A program made the position numbers and the translations under genes. A stretch of DNA of 64,000 nt, taken from positions 32,736,001-32,800,000 of the forward strand of contig OX597832.1 of assembly GCA_951406725.2 (NCBI GenBank). Reading direction: 5' to 3'. Position 1 is the first letter of the stretch. Each line of letters starts with the position of its first letter. Positions 13,711-30,912 of this stretch are shown in pieces. Under the pieces are notes generated by a model. It had not been told where the DNA came from and ran no database searches. It saw nothing but the letters and a program-made list of their open reading frames with translations. Source of the DNA: Octopus vulgaris. Lineage: Eukaryota.

Positions 13711-15271
13711 CTGTGTGTGTGTGTATTGTTGTGTCTGGGGAATATATATGTGTATGTATATCTATCTATCTAGCTAGCTATCTGTATGTATGTATATCTA
13801 TCTATCTATCTATCTGTATGTATGTATGTATGCATGTGGGTATGTATGTATATGTATGCGTGTATGTATATGAATAAATCTGGAATATTGGTAACTGGGG
13901 AAATACTTAATCATAGTTTCCTTGTTTAGTGCTAAACACCAACAGAAACCGACAGATGCAAAACTGTATTATTTTGTTGGTAATTTTTCTTTGTTTTAAA
14001 TAAGCACTATTCGTCCTATTTGCCAAGTAATGAATGGAATACGAATTCTTTGGCTTAAATCGAGTTTAGGTAGAAAAATGCAGTGAATTGACCGAGCTGT
14101 TTAAGCATCGGAGAGAACGTTTCGGAGTGCAGGGTTCCACTTCTTGCATCCAAAATACCAAATCTTGTCATAATTTATTCTATTTTTTTCATCATCCTAT
14201 GATGAATTAAACAACCAAGTGACTTTTATGAATTACACTCGTTTTTTCCTATCCTCTCTCTTTCTCTCCCTGTCACCATCTCTCCCTCACAGAAACATAA
14301 AATTTCATGCGCACACGCGTACACAAAATTGCATTCAACTGGTTATAACGAGCACCATTTGCTTTCACGGCGGCACTTTAATCTGAAAAGAATATGTTTA
14401 CAAACCAAATAAAGAAATGTGTTAATGGAGGCTTCCATAAAAGGGACGATTGGCACTAAATTATAGAACAGAGACAATATGATCTTAATGTGTTTGAGAT
14501 CTCAGCATTCTGCAATCATTACTGAGTAACTAAACATCTCAGGGAGTCGTTTATTAATATATAATAAGTTTGAGGATTATTTTCTTGAGTGACAACTGCA
14601 CGATGTGATTGCCATCGAATTAAGTGAAGCGAATGTTAAGAAATAAATAAGTAATTACGCAGTGAAGAAATGACAATAATAATTAATATTATTGTAACTA
14701 TTGTAATTATGTAGATAATTACTGAGAGGAATCGCAAGAAAAGTTTATGAAATCCACTCAGCCGATAATCACGGATTAAAGAGGTAGATCCTATTTTCTA
14801 TGAGGTATAAATTGATACGAAATGATATTTCTGGGAAATCGATTTTATCACTAATATAATTGCTACGTGTCGCAACAGACTCAATTGATCTTCTTGAAGG
14901 TGTGGAAATACCTAATCCAAAGCACGCTCTAGAGTCTTTTAAGGAAAGGAAGTACATGGTAGGTGATGTATGGTAAGGTAGAATATGCTCCATAAAAATG
15001 GCAAGGCTGCACGTGGAATGACTTTTATGGTGGTTATCGGACACCGGCAGTGATCGCAAGTGATTTGCTTTCCTAGAAAGCGTTATACTACAGTTTTAGG
15101 ACGGATTTATTGAGCTTGCTTTCGTATTTTGCACATATTGGCAAGTAGCAAGTAATAAAATTGCACAATAGAACAGCCCGCACAAAACTGGTTGAGTATA
15201 TATTTATATATGTCTGAGTGTACGTGTATGCGCATGTATGTGTGCGTGTGCGTTATATATGTACGCATGTA

Positions 15272-15380
<109 letters not shown>

Positions 15381-15456
15381 TCAAATATACATATATAGGT
15401 ATATATATATATATTTATATATATATATGTGTGTATGTATATATATATATATATTT

Positions 15457-15506
<50 letters not shown>

Positions 15507-16265
15507 GTATATGTATATATGTATGTGTATCTCTCTCTCTGGATATATGTTTTCTAAAAACGATGTGTGTGTATATATATATATGTACATATATATACAT
15601 ATATATATATAGTAAAATGTATATGCGTGAGCAGTGTGAATACATATAAGTGAGTGTGTGATGAGAGGGATAAAAACGTGGAGCGTGTAAGCACGAAGCC
15701 GCACACCATCGCACACTCTCCTCCTCCTCCTACTCAACGTACATCAATACCCAGGATATTAAACCGCAATAGCTATGTGTTGATTGAACCACAAGAAATA
15801 ATTGACTGCAATATAAATGTATCGATCCGATAATTTCGTCAGAGCTGGGAGAGTTTTATGTTTAATGGAGTTGCGTGGAGTTGTGTAGAGTGTCAGCCCT
15901 GATAGTTTGGTTAACGTGATTGCTAGCTCCACCGCCATTAATAGGGTGAGGTTAAACAATCATATATTTATGCCGTATCGCATAGAGATCGACCTCGTGA
16001 AAGCTATCACTGTATTATGTCTTATATATGCGATTGCGTGTATAGGAGATTGTATAAAACGGAGAGTATATAATATATAAACTATATATACAGGTTGGCA
16101 TAAGTATGTGCGTGCGATGCCAATGCCATCTACATGTATGTGGGTATGTATATGCTTCTATTGATTCATATATGAGTATGTGTGTGTATATATTTGCTTG
16201 TATGTATATCTATATATATATGTGTGTGTGTGTTGCGTATATATATGTGTGCATGTATATGTATA

Positions 16266-16299
<34 letters not shown>

Positions 16300-16988
16300 C
16301 ACACATACACATATATATATATACATATACATATACATATATATATACATATATATATACATATATATATATGTGTGTGTGTGTGTGTTTATATATATAT
16401 ATATATATATATGCTAACCAATATCTGTCTACATGTGAGTAAGTGTATGTGCGTACTTCTGGTTCGTGTGTGTATGCGCTGTGTGTAATTATGAATAGAT
16501 GCCATAAGGTATTATACGCTACGGTTATACATCGCTGAAGGATAGGCTGGAAAGCAACCTAACAACAAGGCTGTGAAAATGAATAGAAAACAAAGACAGT
16601 GTTTTGGTAAACCAGTTCATATTTCCACCTCAAAGATAGACAATATCAAGTAAGAAGTGAAGAATATATTTAGATTGTGTCTTCAAACTTATGCTGTTTG
16701 GGAGATTGAAATTTCGACATACACAGAATAGTAATTTTATGTTGGTAATTTACTGGTGAATAACTTTTGTCTGTTGTTGATAAACGGATTTCATTAATCA
16801 AATGTCTTAGAATTTGCGGCTTCTTCACATCTTGTCTCTTCGACGGATTTCATCAGATTTTCTCTTTCTTTCTCTTAGTTATAACATCGCCCAAAATGTA
16901 ACTTTTAGCGGAAGAGTCAAATACATATCCATTTTGTATAATCGGAATATAAAGTTTCCGAGTGGCAGATTAATATATATATATACAC

Positions 16989-17075
<87 letters not shown>

Positions 17076-17141
17076 ATATATATATATACAGACATGCATG
17101 CATACATTCTTCCATCCAACAATCCATATATATATATAAAT

Positions 17142-17340
17142 GCAGCATGGACTGCTGAAATCTACAAGTTTTTTTTTCCATTCCCTCTCTGTATATGTTC
17201 TCTTATTCCTTTCTGATGAAGGGCGTAGGCTTGAAACGTAAAAGACTTTTTCATTTTTTCCCGAGCGTCAAACTAGTACACTTGTTTGTTGTTCATATAC
17301 CTGTCTTGTCTTTTGCCTTTTCTATAAATTGCAACTATAC
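17142..17340 (+). mobile_element. PLE-terminus-like repeat
   Basis: Second copy of 13508-13710; contains a canonical hammerhead core. Confidence 0.7.
17209..17244 (+). ncRNA. Minimal type I hammerhead ribozyme (PLE type)
   Basis: cttt-CTGATGA(A)-gggc gtag gctt-GAAA-cg-TA-aaag: intact core, 4-bp stem I, ACGT palindromic stem III, GUA cleavage triplet. Confidence 0.75.
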
Positions 17341-17714
17341 AGATTTGTACGAGCACGTGCGTGCACACACACACTCATACACAAACACGCACATATACAC
17401 ACAAACACACACACACACATATATATATTGTTGACATTATGAGTTTTTATGATTTCTCGAGATGATCTGAAATAATTGTTTTCTGAAATTAGACATCGAA
17501 GCCCATCGAAAACTATTCTGAACCAATACGTTATGCTATTGCATAACGTATTGGTTCAGAATAATATTTCCTTAGAAATATTCCGTTCAGAAGGATTTTT
17601 CAGCCCAATCTTAATTTGCTATCATTTACAGCTTTGTATGTCCTGCGATGTCCAATTCCCAGAACAAAAGCATTTTGCAAACACACACACATACACACAC
17701 GCATATATATATAT

Positions 17715-18780
<1,066 letters not shown>

Positions 18781-18971
18781 CATATATACATACATATACC
18801 TTCATAAATATATACATATCTACCTATCTCACTAGCTATGTATCTCATAATAACCTGTATATATATATATATATAGGTACATATCTATGTATATTGATGC
18901 ATATATGTACACATACACACACGTATATATATATATATATATACATATCTATGTATATGTATGCATATATG

Positions 18972-19006
<35 letters not shown>

Positions 19007-19585
19007 GTGTGTATCTTTATATACGCAGATATATAGAAATATATATGTATATATTTATGTGCCTCAGTATACACACACACTCGCGCGTGCGCTTATACTT
19101 ATATACATAGATTCTTACAGACATCAGCAAGCACACTCTTCATATCAGTGTGTGTTTGCGTCTGTGTATGAGATCGTCTCTAAGTGTAAATATATTTCTT
19201 CGTGACAATTATCTGCCGAAAATTTCCTACATTTTCATATTTCGACGGAAATCAAAAGATCACTTGTAATCCAATTCGACCTGCCTCAATTTAAAGAACA
19301 ACCTGCAGGATATTCGCAGCTATTATTCAAGATGTAATGATAATATTTCACAGAATCTACAAAGTCGTATTCTTGGTCGTTAACTCTATCTGACAGTTAC
19401 CATCTTCTCATGCAAAGCTTAGGTTTATTGCATATAGACGCTCCATCCCCGGAGGAATTCAACTCTAAATTACAAAGTTACACCACATTTTCCAATTATA
19501 TGTCAATAGATTATTATCAGTGGTGAATAGTTAGATACTGGTAGAATTGTAGTATCACATACTACATTACCGATGACAGCTTTAG

Positions 19586-19640
<55 letters not shown>

Positions 19641-19781
19641 ACAGCCCTTTTGCCCAATTTTGCACAATAAATATATATACATGTGGTGTGTGTGTATATA
19701 AATATATATATATGTATATACATACATACATATATATATGTGTGTGTATGATGTGTGTGTGTATGTATATATGCATATATT

Positions 19782-19828
<47 letters not shown>

Positions 19829-20610
19829 CATATATTCTGTTGTGTGTGGAGAAGGGTCATCCAAAAACGAAATACATATATACCTACCTATCTAGATACA
19901 TATACACGTCTATATATTTTTATCTCCTTATTTACCTTGCGCTCTGATTCTCTCTCTACACACAGGGAAGAAATAATGACGCGTACAAATATACGTACAC
20001 ACACATTTCACACACACGTATGCACAGACACAAAGAGATGTATACGTTTGCGTATGTTTTCCCGTGTGTGTGTGTGTCTTCGAGTGTTTGTTGAAGCCGA
20101 CCACCTTGTTTTGGTTGGCGTACATCCCCGTAATTGAGCGATTTCACAGAAGTAAGTAATTGAATAAACACCAATCATGATATTTAAGTACATTATGCGA
20201 TTAGTTTTGTTAAACCTGCAGCACGGTGCCCCAGCATGGCTATGCTACAATTACTGAAATATTTATACGATAAAAGAATATAAATACTCGTATATATCTT
20301 TGTACAGCATTGATCTTGAGAAAGCTTTCCGAATAAGTTCAGTACAAACGTATATTTAAACAGGTGCAGAGTTACAGTTTTAAATCTCTAGCATTTACCG
20401 AATTTTAGCATTCTCAGTGCTAAAGAAGTGCGAAACTGCTAGGATTTTCCGGACACTGCGTGACGAGGAAGTCAGCTGTGAATGTTCCCTGAATTTTCTT
20501 TTTGTCCTGTTTACCGTTTGTTATCATCTATTTTCGTACATGTGTTTATTTGGATTTGTGTTTGTTGTGTCCTTTCTATCCTGCCTCTGATTAATATATA
20601 TATATATAAA

Positions 20611-20681
<71 letters not shown>

Positions 20682-21289
20682 ATATTTATTTATATAGACA
20701 TACAGATACAATTATGTATATATACACACTCACGTATATATATATGTGTGTGTATGTATGCATATATAAACACATACACACGTTTGAATATAGGAACACT
20801 TGAACAATGATCCACCCGATGTCCATGGATACAACGGATTGTATTGTAATCGTCCCACGAATCCGGATTATGTTTGTGAGAAACATATAATGTATGGAAA
20901 CGCAAATAACAATACGTTAAAGTATTTGAAATATTTCATCCATGGATTATTATCATTATTATTATATTTATTCTGTATATATCCGCACAGCTCGGTACAA
21001 CCCCATAAACCTGTAACTACAAGCTGGTATCGTTAGTCTGTAGCAGATGAAATAAAAGAGGGGCTTTTATATGCCTACTTAAAAACGTTTCTTGTAAACG
21101 AACCAAAATGATATGTACAAAACACGAAGACACGTGCATAAACAACACAGAGGTGTATTAGTTTAATGCTCGCAAAGGTGAGAAAGTCTTTTGCGTTTCG
21201 AGCCTACGCTCTTCAACAGAAAGGAAGACGAGAAGATAAACAGAGAGAAATATGAAGCTGAAGTGGCTAGCGGTCGACCATTACGATAA

Positions 21290-21402
21290 TTATATACATA
21301 CATACAGATATACATACATACATACATACATACATACATACATACATACATACATACATACATACATACATACATACATACGTACGTACATACATACATA
21401 CA

Positions 21403-21436
<34 letters not shown>

Positions 21437-21495
21437 CATATATACATACATACATACATATATACATACATACATACGTACATACATACATACCT
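21290..21495. repeat. (TACA)n microsatellite
   Basis: Direct reading. Confidence 0.95.
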
Positions 21496-21584
21496 ATATA
21501 CGTACATAATTACACGCACATACGAGCGTCGCGCACGCACGCACGCACACACACAAAGCAACACAAATATATACATATACGTAA

Positions 21585-21835
21585 TGGACTCTCCGGTCGA
21601 AGATGGCGTATGACCATTAAGCTTTTGCCCAATGACCTGCAGAAATTGATTTGTTTCTTGTGATCAAATGTTCGTGTGGCACATTAGTTCACTCTCTTCA
21701 CCAAATCGACGTTGTCTCAACATGCGCACTGTGTGCCACGCCTCAAGTGTCGAAATGATCTCAGAGCAACGCGAGATGAAGTAATTTGCTCAAAAGCCCA
21801 ACCTCCCGACCACCCTGTCTAGAAATCGAACTCAT
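21585..21835 (-). mobile_element. Decayed tRNA-derived SINE
   Basis: Minus strand has GAGTTCGATTTC (B-box-like) followed by TTGAGCAA..ACTTCATCTCGCGTTGCTC, similar to 47031-47360. Confidence 0.5.
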
Positions 21836-22223
21836 TGCTAATGAAGCTACAATGCTGACAAAACTTTAGCGATTGTTCTCCGATTGCTAGGATTCTGATT
21901 TAAATTTCGCCGAGGTCCAAATTTTATTAATTTAAAATTTTATATTTCTAAATATATATTACACTAAATTATATTACACTACATACTATTTTTTGCAATT
22001 CAATTTAAATTTATAATTGACTTTATTCAATCTACCCATTTGCAATTGTACTATTATTTATTTATTCGTATTTTAATATCCACTACACCAGACAAAGAGT
22101 TTTGAATATATTCGTATGCGTATATAGGTATTGTATATATGTAGATTTATGCATATATTATGTAAATATATATATACGCGTATATCGATATTTGTATATT
22201 TGTAAGAGTCTATGCATGTGTAT

Positions 22224-22264
<41 letters not shown>

Positions 22265-22392
22265 CCGAAATTGCTAGGATGATCCGGTTCTTGACTGAAG
22301 ATTGAAGGCTTCGAATGTCCCGCCCGTGTTTTTTGTATCGTCTTCTAAATGTTTCACGTTCTTGTCCCAGTTTGTATTTTTCTACATATAAT

Positions 22393-22450
<58 letters not shown>

Positions 22451-23084
22451 GTATTTGTAATTGTGCTTACTGATACAATCCCAAATACTCCTTCACACGC
22501 GTTCCTAGTTTATCTTATGATGTATGCCATGAAATGAAAAATATAGATTCAGGGTAAACAATGTTCGTATGGAAATTAATAAGTATGGTGCATTAACATA
22601 GTCACGTGAATGTTAATTAAAATGCCTTGCGGTATTCAATTACTTAACTCAGCCTTTAGTCTACATAGAACTTTGAATCCCTCAAGCCATAATATAAGTA
22701 TTTCAGACGAAATTCTTATAAAGGCTGAGAGAACTGCACCTTTCTGCGCAGGGAGAATTATGAAGAAAATCACTGCAATAAATCTTTCATCTTTTATCTT
22801 TTAATTCCTTAAGCCATATGACTTTAACCATGATATATCATGACCTTCAAGTCTTGATCGGGGTGCAAATTAGTCTAGTACTGTTTTTTTAAGTCTTGCC
22901 CTTATTCTTCCGGTATTTTTTTATTACCAAACTGTGAATTTACAGGGATATAAAAAATAGTCAACTCCGATTTACAAGCAGCGGTGGTGGTAAATATGAA
23001 AGGCAAACTTAACATCTGAGCGTTTTTGAAATCCAAAGAAGGCCAGCGTAGGATTTTATCCAACGAGTAAACGATTCAGCTAAG

Positions 23085-23222
23085 TGTCTTCCACAGGTTT
23101 CCCTCATCCATATTCACTCAGAAGGCATTTGTCGTCCCGGACCTAAAACAGAAAACACTCACTCGGGTTGACATACACTGACACTGAACCCCAATGCTCG
23201 CAATTCCAAACCAAACTTCTTT
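23085..23222 (-). mobile_element. Decayed SINE (family B)
   Basis: Similar to 54236-54397 (GTTTCC..ATCCA.ATTCACTCA.AAGGC..GACACTGAACCC). Confidence 0.5.
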
Positions 23223-24459
23223 ACTCACCAAAATTTGTGAATAGTTATTTTACAGATAACCGAGAATCCATCGTTAAATATGTTTTAGATTTCATCGCCA
23301 ACTAACAGAGGTTGCTGAAAAAGGAAACACAAGTACAAACCTAATCTATCCCCAACGCTAACCACGTTCTTTTTCGTGTGGCCACAACAAATATAATAGA
23401 AAATTTAACCAACCAGCTGAAATAGTACAAATCAAAGCTAAAGGCATTATTTACCTTAATATATCTGAACTATTTTCATATACTCCAAGTACGTTTATTT
23501 TACTACACTTTACCACAATTTTATTACTTTTTTTAACACATAACATATTTTCTCAGATCTGAGGGAATATGAACAGTAATATTTTTTTTGAAAATTGTAT
23601 TCAGATAGATCAAAGGAAGACCCAATAATATTGATCATATTATCAAGTCTAATAAATCATATTTTCTTCAAACCGTATTACGTGTTTACCGAGAAAGAAA
23701 TAATAGTTTATTCAATACTACTTTCGAAACAGTTCACGGAAGGAGGACGGCGACCGTTGAGGGCGCTGCCGGGAAACTGACTGATTGCACTCGTTCGGGT
23801 TGTTTGTTTAAGCTAATAATTTTGATCAGTTATTGCAGTGTGACAGAACTATCTATAATAAGTTAATTTTCAAAATCCTTTCATTCTATAATACAAATAT
23901 AATACATAGAAATTACATCATAAAGGGAACAAGCCATTCGAGACATTTAATATTACAGACGGCCGTTATACACTTTATAAATTTAAATTCATGTGAGAAG
24001 GTTCGAAATATTTGTCGCTCATATGCGATACGTTCGCAGACCTCATGGGAAATGGAAAATGGGAAACTGTTGCCTGCGGTATTAAACACCGAGAACTGGT
24101 CGCCCGACGTCTGCGAGTTAATCATTTGTATTCGGGATGAGTCACTCCTACCCACTGTTATCAGGACAACTCAATTATGAGATGTGAAAAACACCGAAAT
24201 ATGCTGAGTAAATTAATTAATATAACATAGATCTATCTTCCCAAAATATGTTTATAGTTGCATGTAGAGAAAAGAAAGAAAAAGGAACATGTTGGTTAGA
24301 TTTTTCTGTATTTCATCTTTCCTTTGCCATTTGAAATTGTAAATTTTAGTATATATGTATATTTATTCGGTTTATTCGAAAGTATATTTTGTAGTTTCCC
24401 TCTAGAGGAATACACACACACACAGACACACACACACACTCACACACACATACACACAC

Positions 24460-24680
24460 AGTCAATATTGGTGTGGGATTGAGGGGCAATACATTTCTGG
24501 CTTGAGAAATTCCCTCATGAAATTCCAGACAAAACTGAAAAGTTGTAGATAGGATCATATCATGCTTTCTTTTAAATGATCAGGAAGTTTACCGCTTGCA
24601 AAGAGACTCTGGGAAAGTATATGAAGTGTTTTCGCTAAAGCTGGCTTATATGACTTCAGGAGGTTAACTGAGAAGCGATC
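24460..24680 (+). pseudogene. Decayed Penelope-like RT fragment
   Basis: Frame reading AIHFWLEKFPHEIPDK resembles the PLE RT segment GLEAIxxWLxxxPxxI; degenerate afterwards. Confidence 0.45.
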
Positions 24681-25010
24681 GGGGCCAGTTGCTGAGCTTG
24701 AGCTCATCTTATCTATAGGCGCAGTTACATTTTGCTACTCATTGTCAGTTTCACCGATTCTAGGGCTGCAATCTTAAAGAATTCAGCTAAGGTTTTTTTT
24801 ATCTTGGTGTATCTTAGGTTGGAGGTAAAGACACTTTGAAACTGTTCACGGAGCCCTTCACTCATCCTTGGAACAACGATCTCATTTCATATTATAATGT
24901 GCCTCTGCTCCCTTTCCAAACTTATAGAATGATTTGGGATTTGTTTTATGCTTTCCACAGTTCACACCTCTCTCTCTCTCTCTCTCTTTACTATACATAC
25001 ATATATACAT

Positions 25011-25086
<76 letters not shown>

Positions 25087-27512
25087 GTGTGTGTGTGTAT
25101 GTATATATGTAAGTGTGCTTGTATGGATAGACAGATACATAGGTAAATTGATACATGGATAGATGGAACAATCTGTGCTTCTACATACAAATATATGAAT
25201 GAATGAATAAAAGAAAGTTTTCTCCATTCACATTAAATTCCTGTGTTTTTTCTTATGTATGACTTAGTTTCAAATGCATCTTCCAGGCATTGCATTATAA
25301 ATTTTACGATTACATTCTTCAAAATGTCATTCTTAATTCCTCATATTTCCAAAGATTCATTCATTGAAATCTTCTAAATGTATGTTCTTGTTTTATTCTT
25401 CCTTTTATCTACCGTTTCAGTATTTTTCATTCCTTTTTATTTATGTTTTATTGTTTTTATTTCTCTTGATACCTCAGCGCATATTTGAAACTAATAAGTA
25501 TTTTCAAGTTTTGTTTGATTTCTAAACATTCATACGCATACTCAACTCTATATGTATACATACACACATAAACAGACATATGTACATACATGTATACATA
25601 CATATATATAGATATATCAATCTGTATATATATATATATGTGTGTATGTATGTGCATATATATATGCATGTGTATATGCATATGCATATGTATATATATA
25701 TAAAGAGAGAGACAGAGATTTGGATAGCTATCGCAATGCGTATATATATATATGTGTATGTGTATATCTGTACACACACACACACCTACATACACACACA
25801 TATACATCTTATTGACATATATGCATGTTCATTCTTGTGTGGGTTTATGCGTTTATATAAATATTTTTTAGATAGATATTTATATATTTGATATACAATT
25901 ACATTTTCAAATACATTTATACAAATATAGTTACATAAATATGCGTATGTATGCATATGTATACATATACGTATATAGGTATATATGTATAAACACACAC
26001 TCATATATATATATATATATATAAATATATATATATATATGTATACATATATTTATTAATATTAGTATACGCATATATGCCGGATATAGTACCTCTGTAT
26101 GAAAATATACATTCTGTTTCTATTTTCCAATTCTCTAGAATCACTTTTCCTTCGAGGTAATTACCGTTTCATTAGTTGAGCATTTTATATTGCATTTCAA
26201 TGAAACAGTTAATCCTTTTTAATTAATTTATAATTAAACCCAAAATGAATGCTGTCTGTCGCTGGAAAATTGCATCATTTGTAAACATGTTTATCAGATT
26301 TTTCTTGTTTACCAAATACAAGACTCCCGTTAGCTGACATCTTCATAAATATATATTTGAATGCCACGTTTGTATTTTGCTTTTGCGAAACGATTCTCCG
26401 TTTAGTAAAATATTAATTTATATATATTCTACAAAACAATACATACATACAGATAGACAAATACACACACACTTATACACACATACACACCTTCAGACAC
26501 ATATGTATATATAATTCTCGTGATATAATATAAATTCTAATGTTTGAAACTTTCAGGTAATCTAACGAAACACAAGTACCATATACTGAATTAGTTTGCA
26601 TTTTCATTTAAAAACCGATATATTTTTAATTAAACTGAAACGCGTAATCCATATTTTATTCGCTCTGCGTTTAGGGGTTTCAGGCATAGCATTATTAAAT
26701 GCCAAGAGAAAATAAATGTTTAGATTTTCATTAAAAATATTTTACTTCAAATACTTGCAGCTTTTTCGGAATGGACATAATGATGTTTGGGTGGGTTTTA
26801 TAGGGTTGTGTTTATCATGTGGAACAAGTTTTAGGTGAATTACTCTTAATCAGAATCTCTGTATTGAGTGTATAGATATATTTTGCGCATCAGTTGAAGT
26901 ATTTTGGAGAAGCGAATTGTGACGGTAGGCATAAATGAATACAACGACATATTGACACGAATATATGACAAAAATAATATATAATAACATTTAACAATAT
27001 ACAGATCAAAACTGGCTTTTCAGTATCTAAAAATTTATTTACAATTATTAGACATTTTTTACATAATAATAATAGATATGATAATTCTATAACTGATAAT
27101 TATGTCGCTAGAACTTAAGTTTAAGTACAAATGTTATTTTGATAATTTTGTATGCAAAATAAACATGTATATAGATGTAGAGTTGAATCTGAAGGGAAAA
27201 ATGATTTTTACATTGGATAAATTTTATTAAAAGACGAATTGCAAACCATGAATATACTTTCAGGAATAGAGGTAGGTTGAACAGTACCAGTTTAAATAAG
27301 TTTATATAGATGTTAAATGATAGTATGAAATTGTACAATATTAAATGGCAAATACTTAGTCACGCTAGATCTTATAAACTGCTGATTATAGATTTAAACT
27401 ATATGTGGATAAAATATAGCAAGTGACCTAATGTGAAATTGTGTGCTGAAACAAAATCAATAGCAGTAGGGGAAAGTGGTTTATAGGACATTTATAAGGT
27501 GTTTATAAGTCT

Positions 27513-27576
<64 letters not shown>

Positions 27577-27684
27577 CATATTGATACACATGCACACATA
27601 CGTATACATATATATATATACATGCATACATGTATACATACACACATACACACACACACATATATATATATCTATCTCTCTATC

Positions 27685-27717
<33 letters not shown>

Positions 27718-28522
27718 ATTTTTGAATGTGTACAAATAACGCGGAAACAATAATAAATAGTTACCAAGGTAGCAAAACTTCACATAAGTGCCAAGGATGT
27801 TACAGCCTACTTATAATTTTAGAACCTTATTTTGTATTATATAGATAAATTAAGAAATGGAGTTTAACGCAGGTGTTATTCAAATCTTTATAATTGTGAC
27901 ATATGTTTCGAAGAAAACATATGTATTATTCCTGAAGGAATAAAATGACGTAGAACAATGTCATGTCATCAAGGAAAAACAGAGAAACAAAATACATGAA
28001 TAAGCCATTTTGATGGAATGTGATTACGGCGTATGTGACGAAGGGAAAGATGCAAGTTTTTTTTAAGAAACGGTAATAGATTTAACGTCAAAGGTAATTT
28101 AGAGAAAGAGAAGGAGGAGAAAGAATGTTACACACACATACACACACACATACATATGTATATATATACTTATACATATATATAAACACATAAATACACG
28201 TACATACACATTTTTACATATGTAGACATACAATTACACACACACATACATATGTGCATACACATTGATATACATAGACATATATTCACAATATTTTTAT
28301 TATTTAATACCATCAGGGACAGAAAACTTTTAATATAATCCATAAACACATATTTAGAATAAGGTTTTCAAGATAAAGAGCATTGCTGTCTGTCATTAAG
28401 AAGCTTCTTGTTTATATATTAATTCTGCTATATTTTATCCACATATAGGTTAAATCTATAATCAGCAGTTTATAAGATCTAGCGTGACTAATATTTGCCA
28501 TTTAATATTGTACATCTCCGTA

Positions 28523-28606
<84 letters not shown>

Positions 28607-28709
28607 TAGAGAAAAATCACTATGATGCAATTCAATTACATATTAATATTGGGAAATTTGATTTAATACTAAATTGAATTTGTCCTTGTAAATTTGGAGT
28701 TATACCCCC

Positions 28710-30388
<1,679 letters not shown>

Positions 30389-30749
30389 TCAATATGTATA
30401 CATGTTAAATAAATAAATGAATGAAAGAATGGATAAATAAATAAGATGATATTACATTTTTAAAAACTCCAAAGATTGATCAGTGCATAAGTTCCTGGTA
30501 AAGTTTTCAAGTTTTAGTCGATGACGTGAACGAAATATTTTCCTTCTGATATTTACCCCAACTTCATGATGTAACTACATTATTTTGCGTAATTGTTTTT
30601 GAGGCCAATTTTTTTTTATTATACTGAATGATTTGAAATTTAAAAAAGAACAAAAACTGAATGGTTAGTATATCAGTAAGGATATTTATGATATTTAATC
30701 AATTAATAAATAAATCTAGTATTAAGCACCATAATATATTTGTCTTAAG

Positions 30750-30912
30750 TGAGGTCGACTTTGCCTTTCATCCTTTCTGGGTCAATGTATTAAGTTCCTG
30801 TTGCGTAGTGGGCGTCGATATATTAAGTGCGAGTTGCGTAGTGGGGGGTCGATCTAATCGACTGTCCCTCTCTCCAAAGATGTTGGACCTTGTGCCTAGA
30901 GCTAGAAAAGAA
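30750..30912 (+). mobile_element. 5'-truncated SINE (family A) with an internal ~33-bp tandem duplication
   Basis: GAGGTCGACTTTGCCTTTCATCCTTTC; TATTAAGT..GTTGCGTAGTGGG.GTCGAT occurs twice. Confidence 0.8.

Noticed and set aside
20385-20445. Possible type III hammerhead (CTAGCA..hairpin..GAAACTGCTAG)
   Set aside because: The CUGANGA element and stem II cannot be identified.
22261-22390. CTGAAGA (22295) as a hammerhead core in a short repeat-like segment
   Set aside because: No GAAA with matching stems I and III downstream.
26535-26562. TTTCAG|GTAATC as a recursive splice site
   Set aside because: Short pyrimidine tract and weak donor; expected by chance in 64 kb without RNA evidence.
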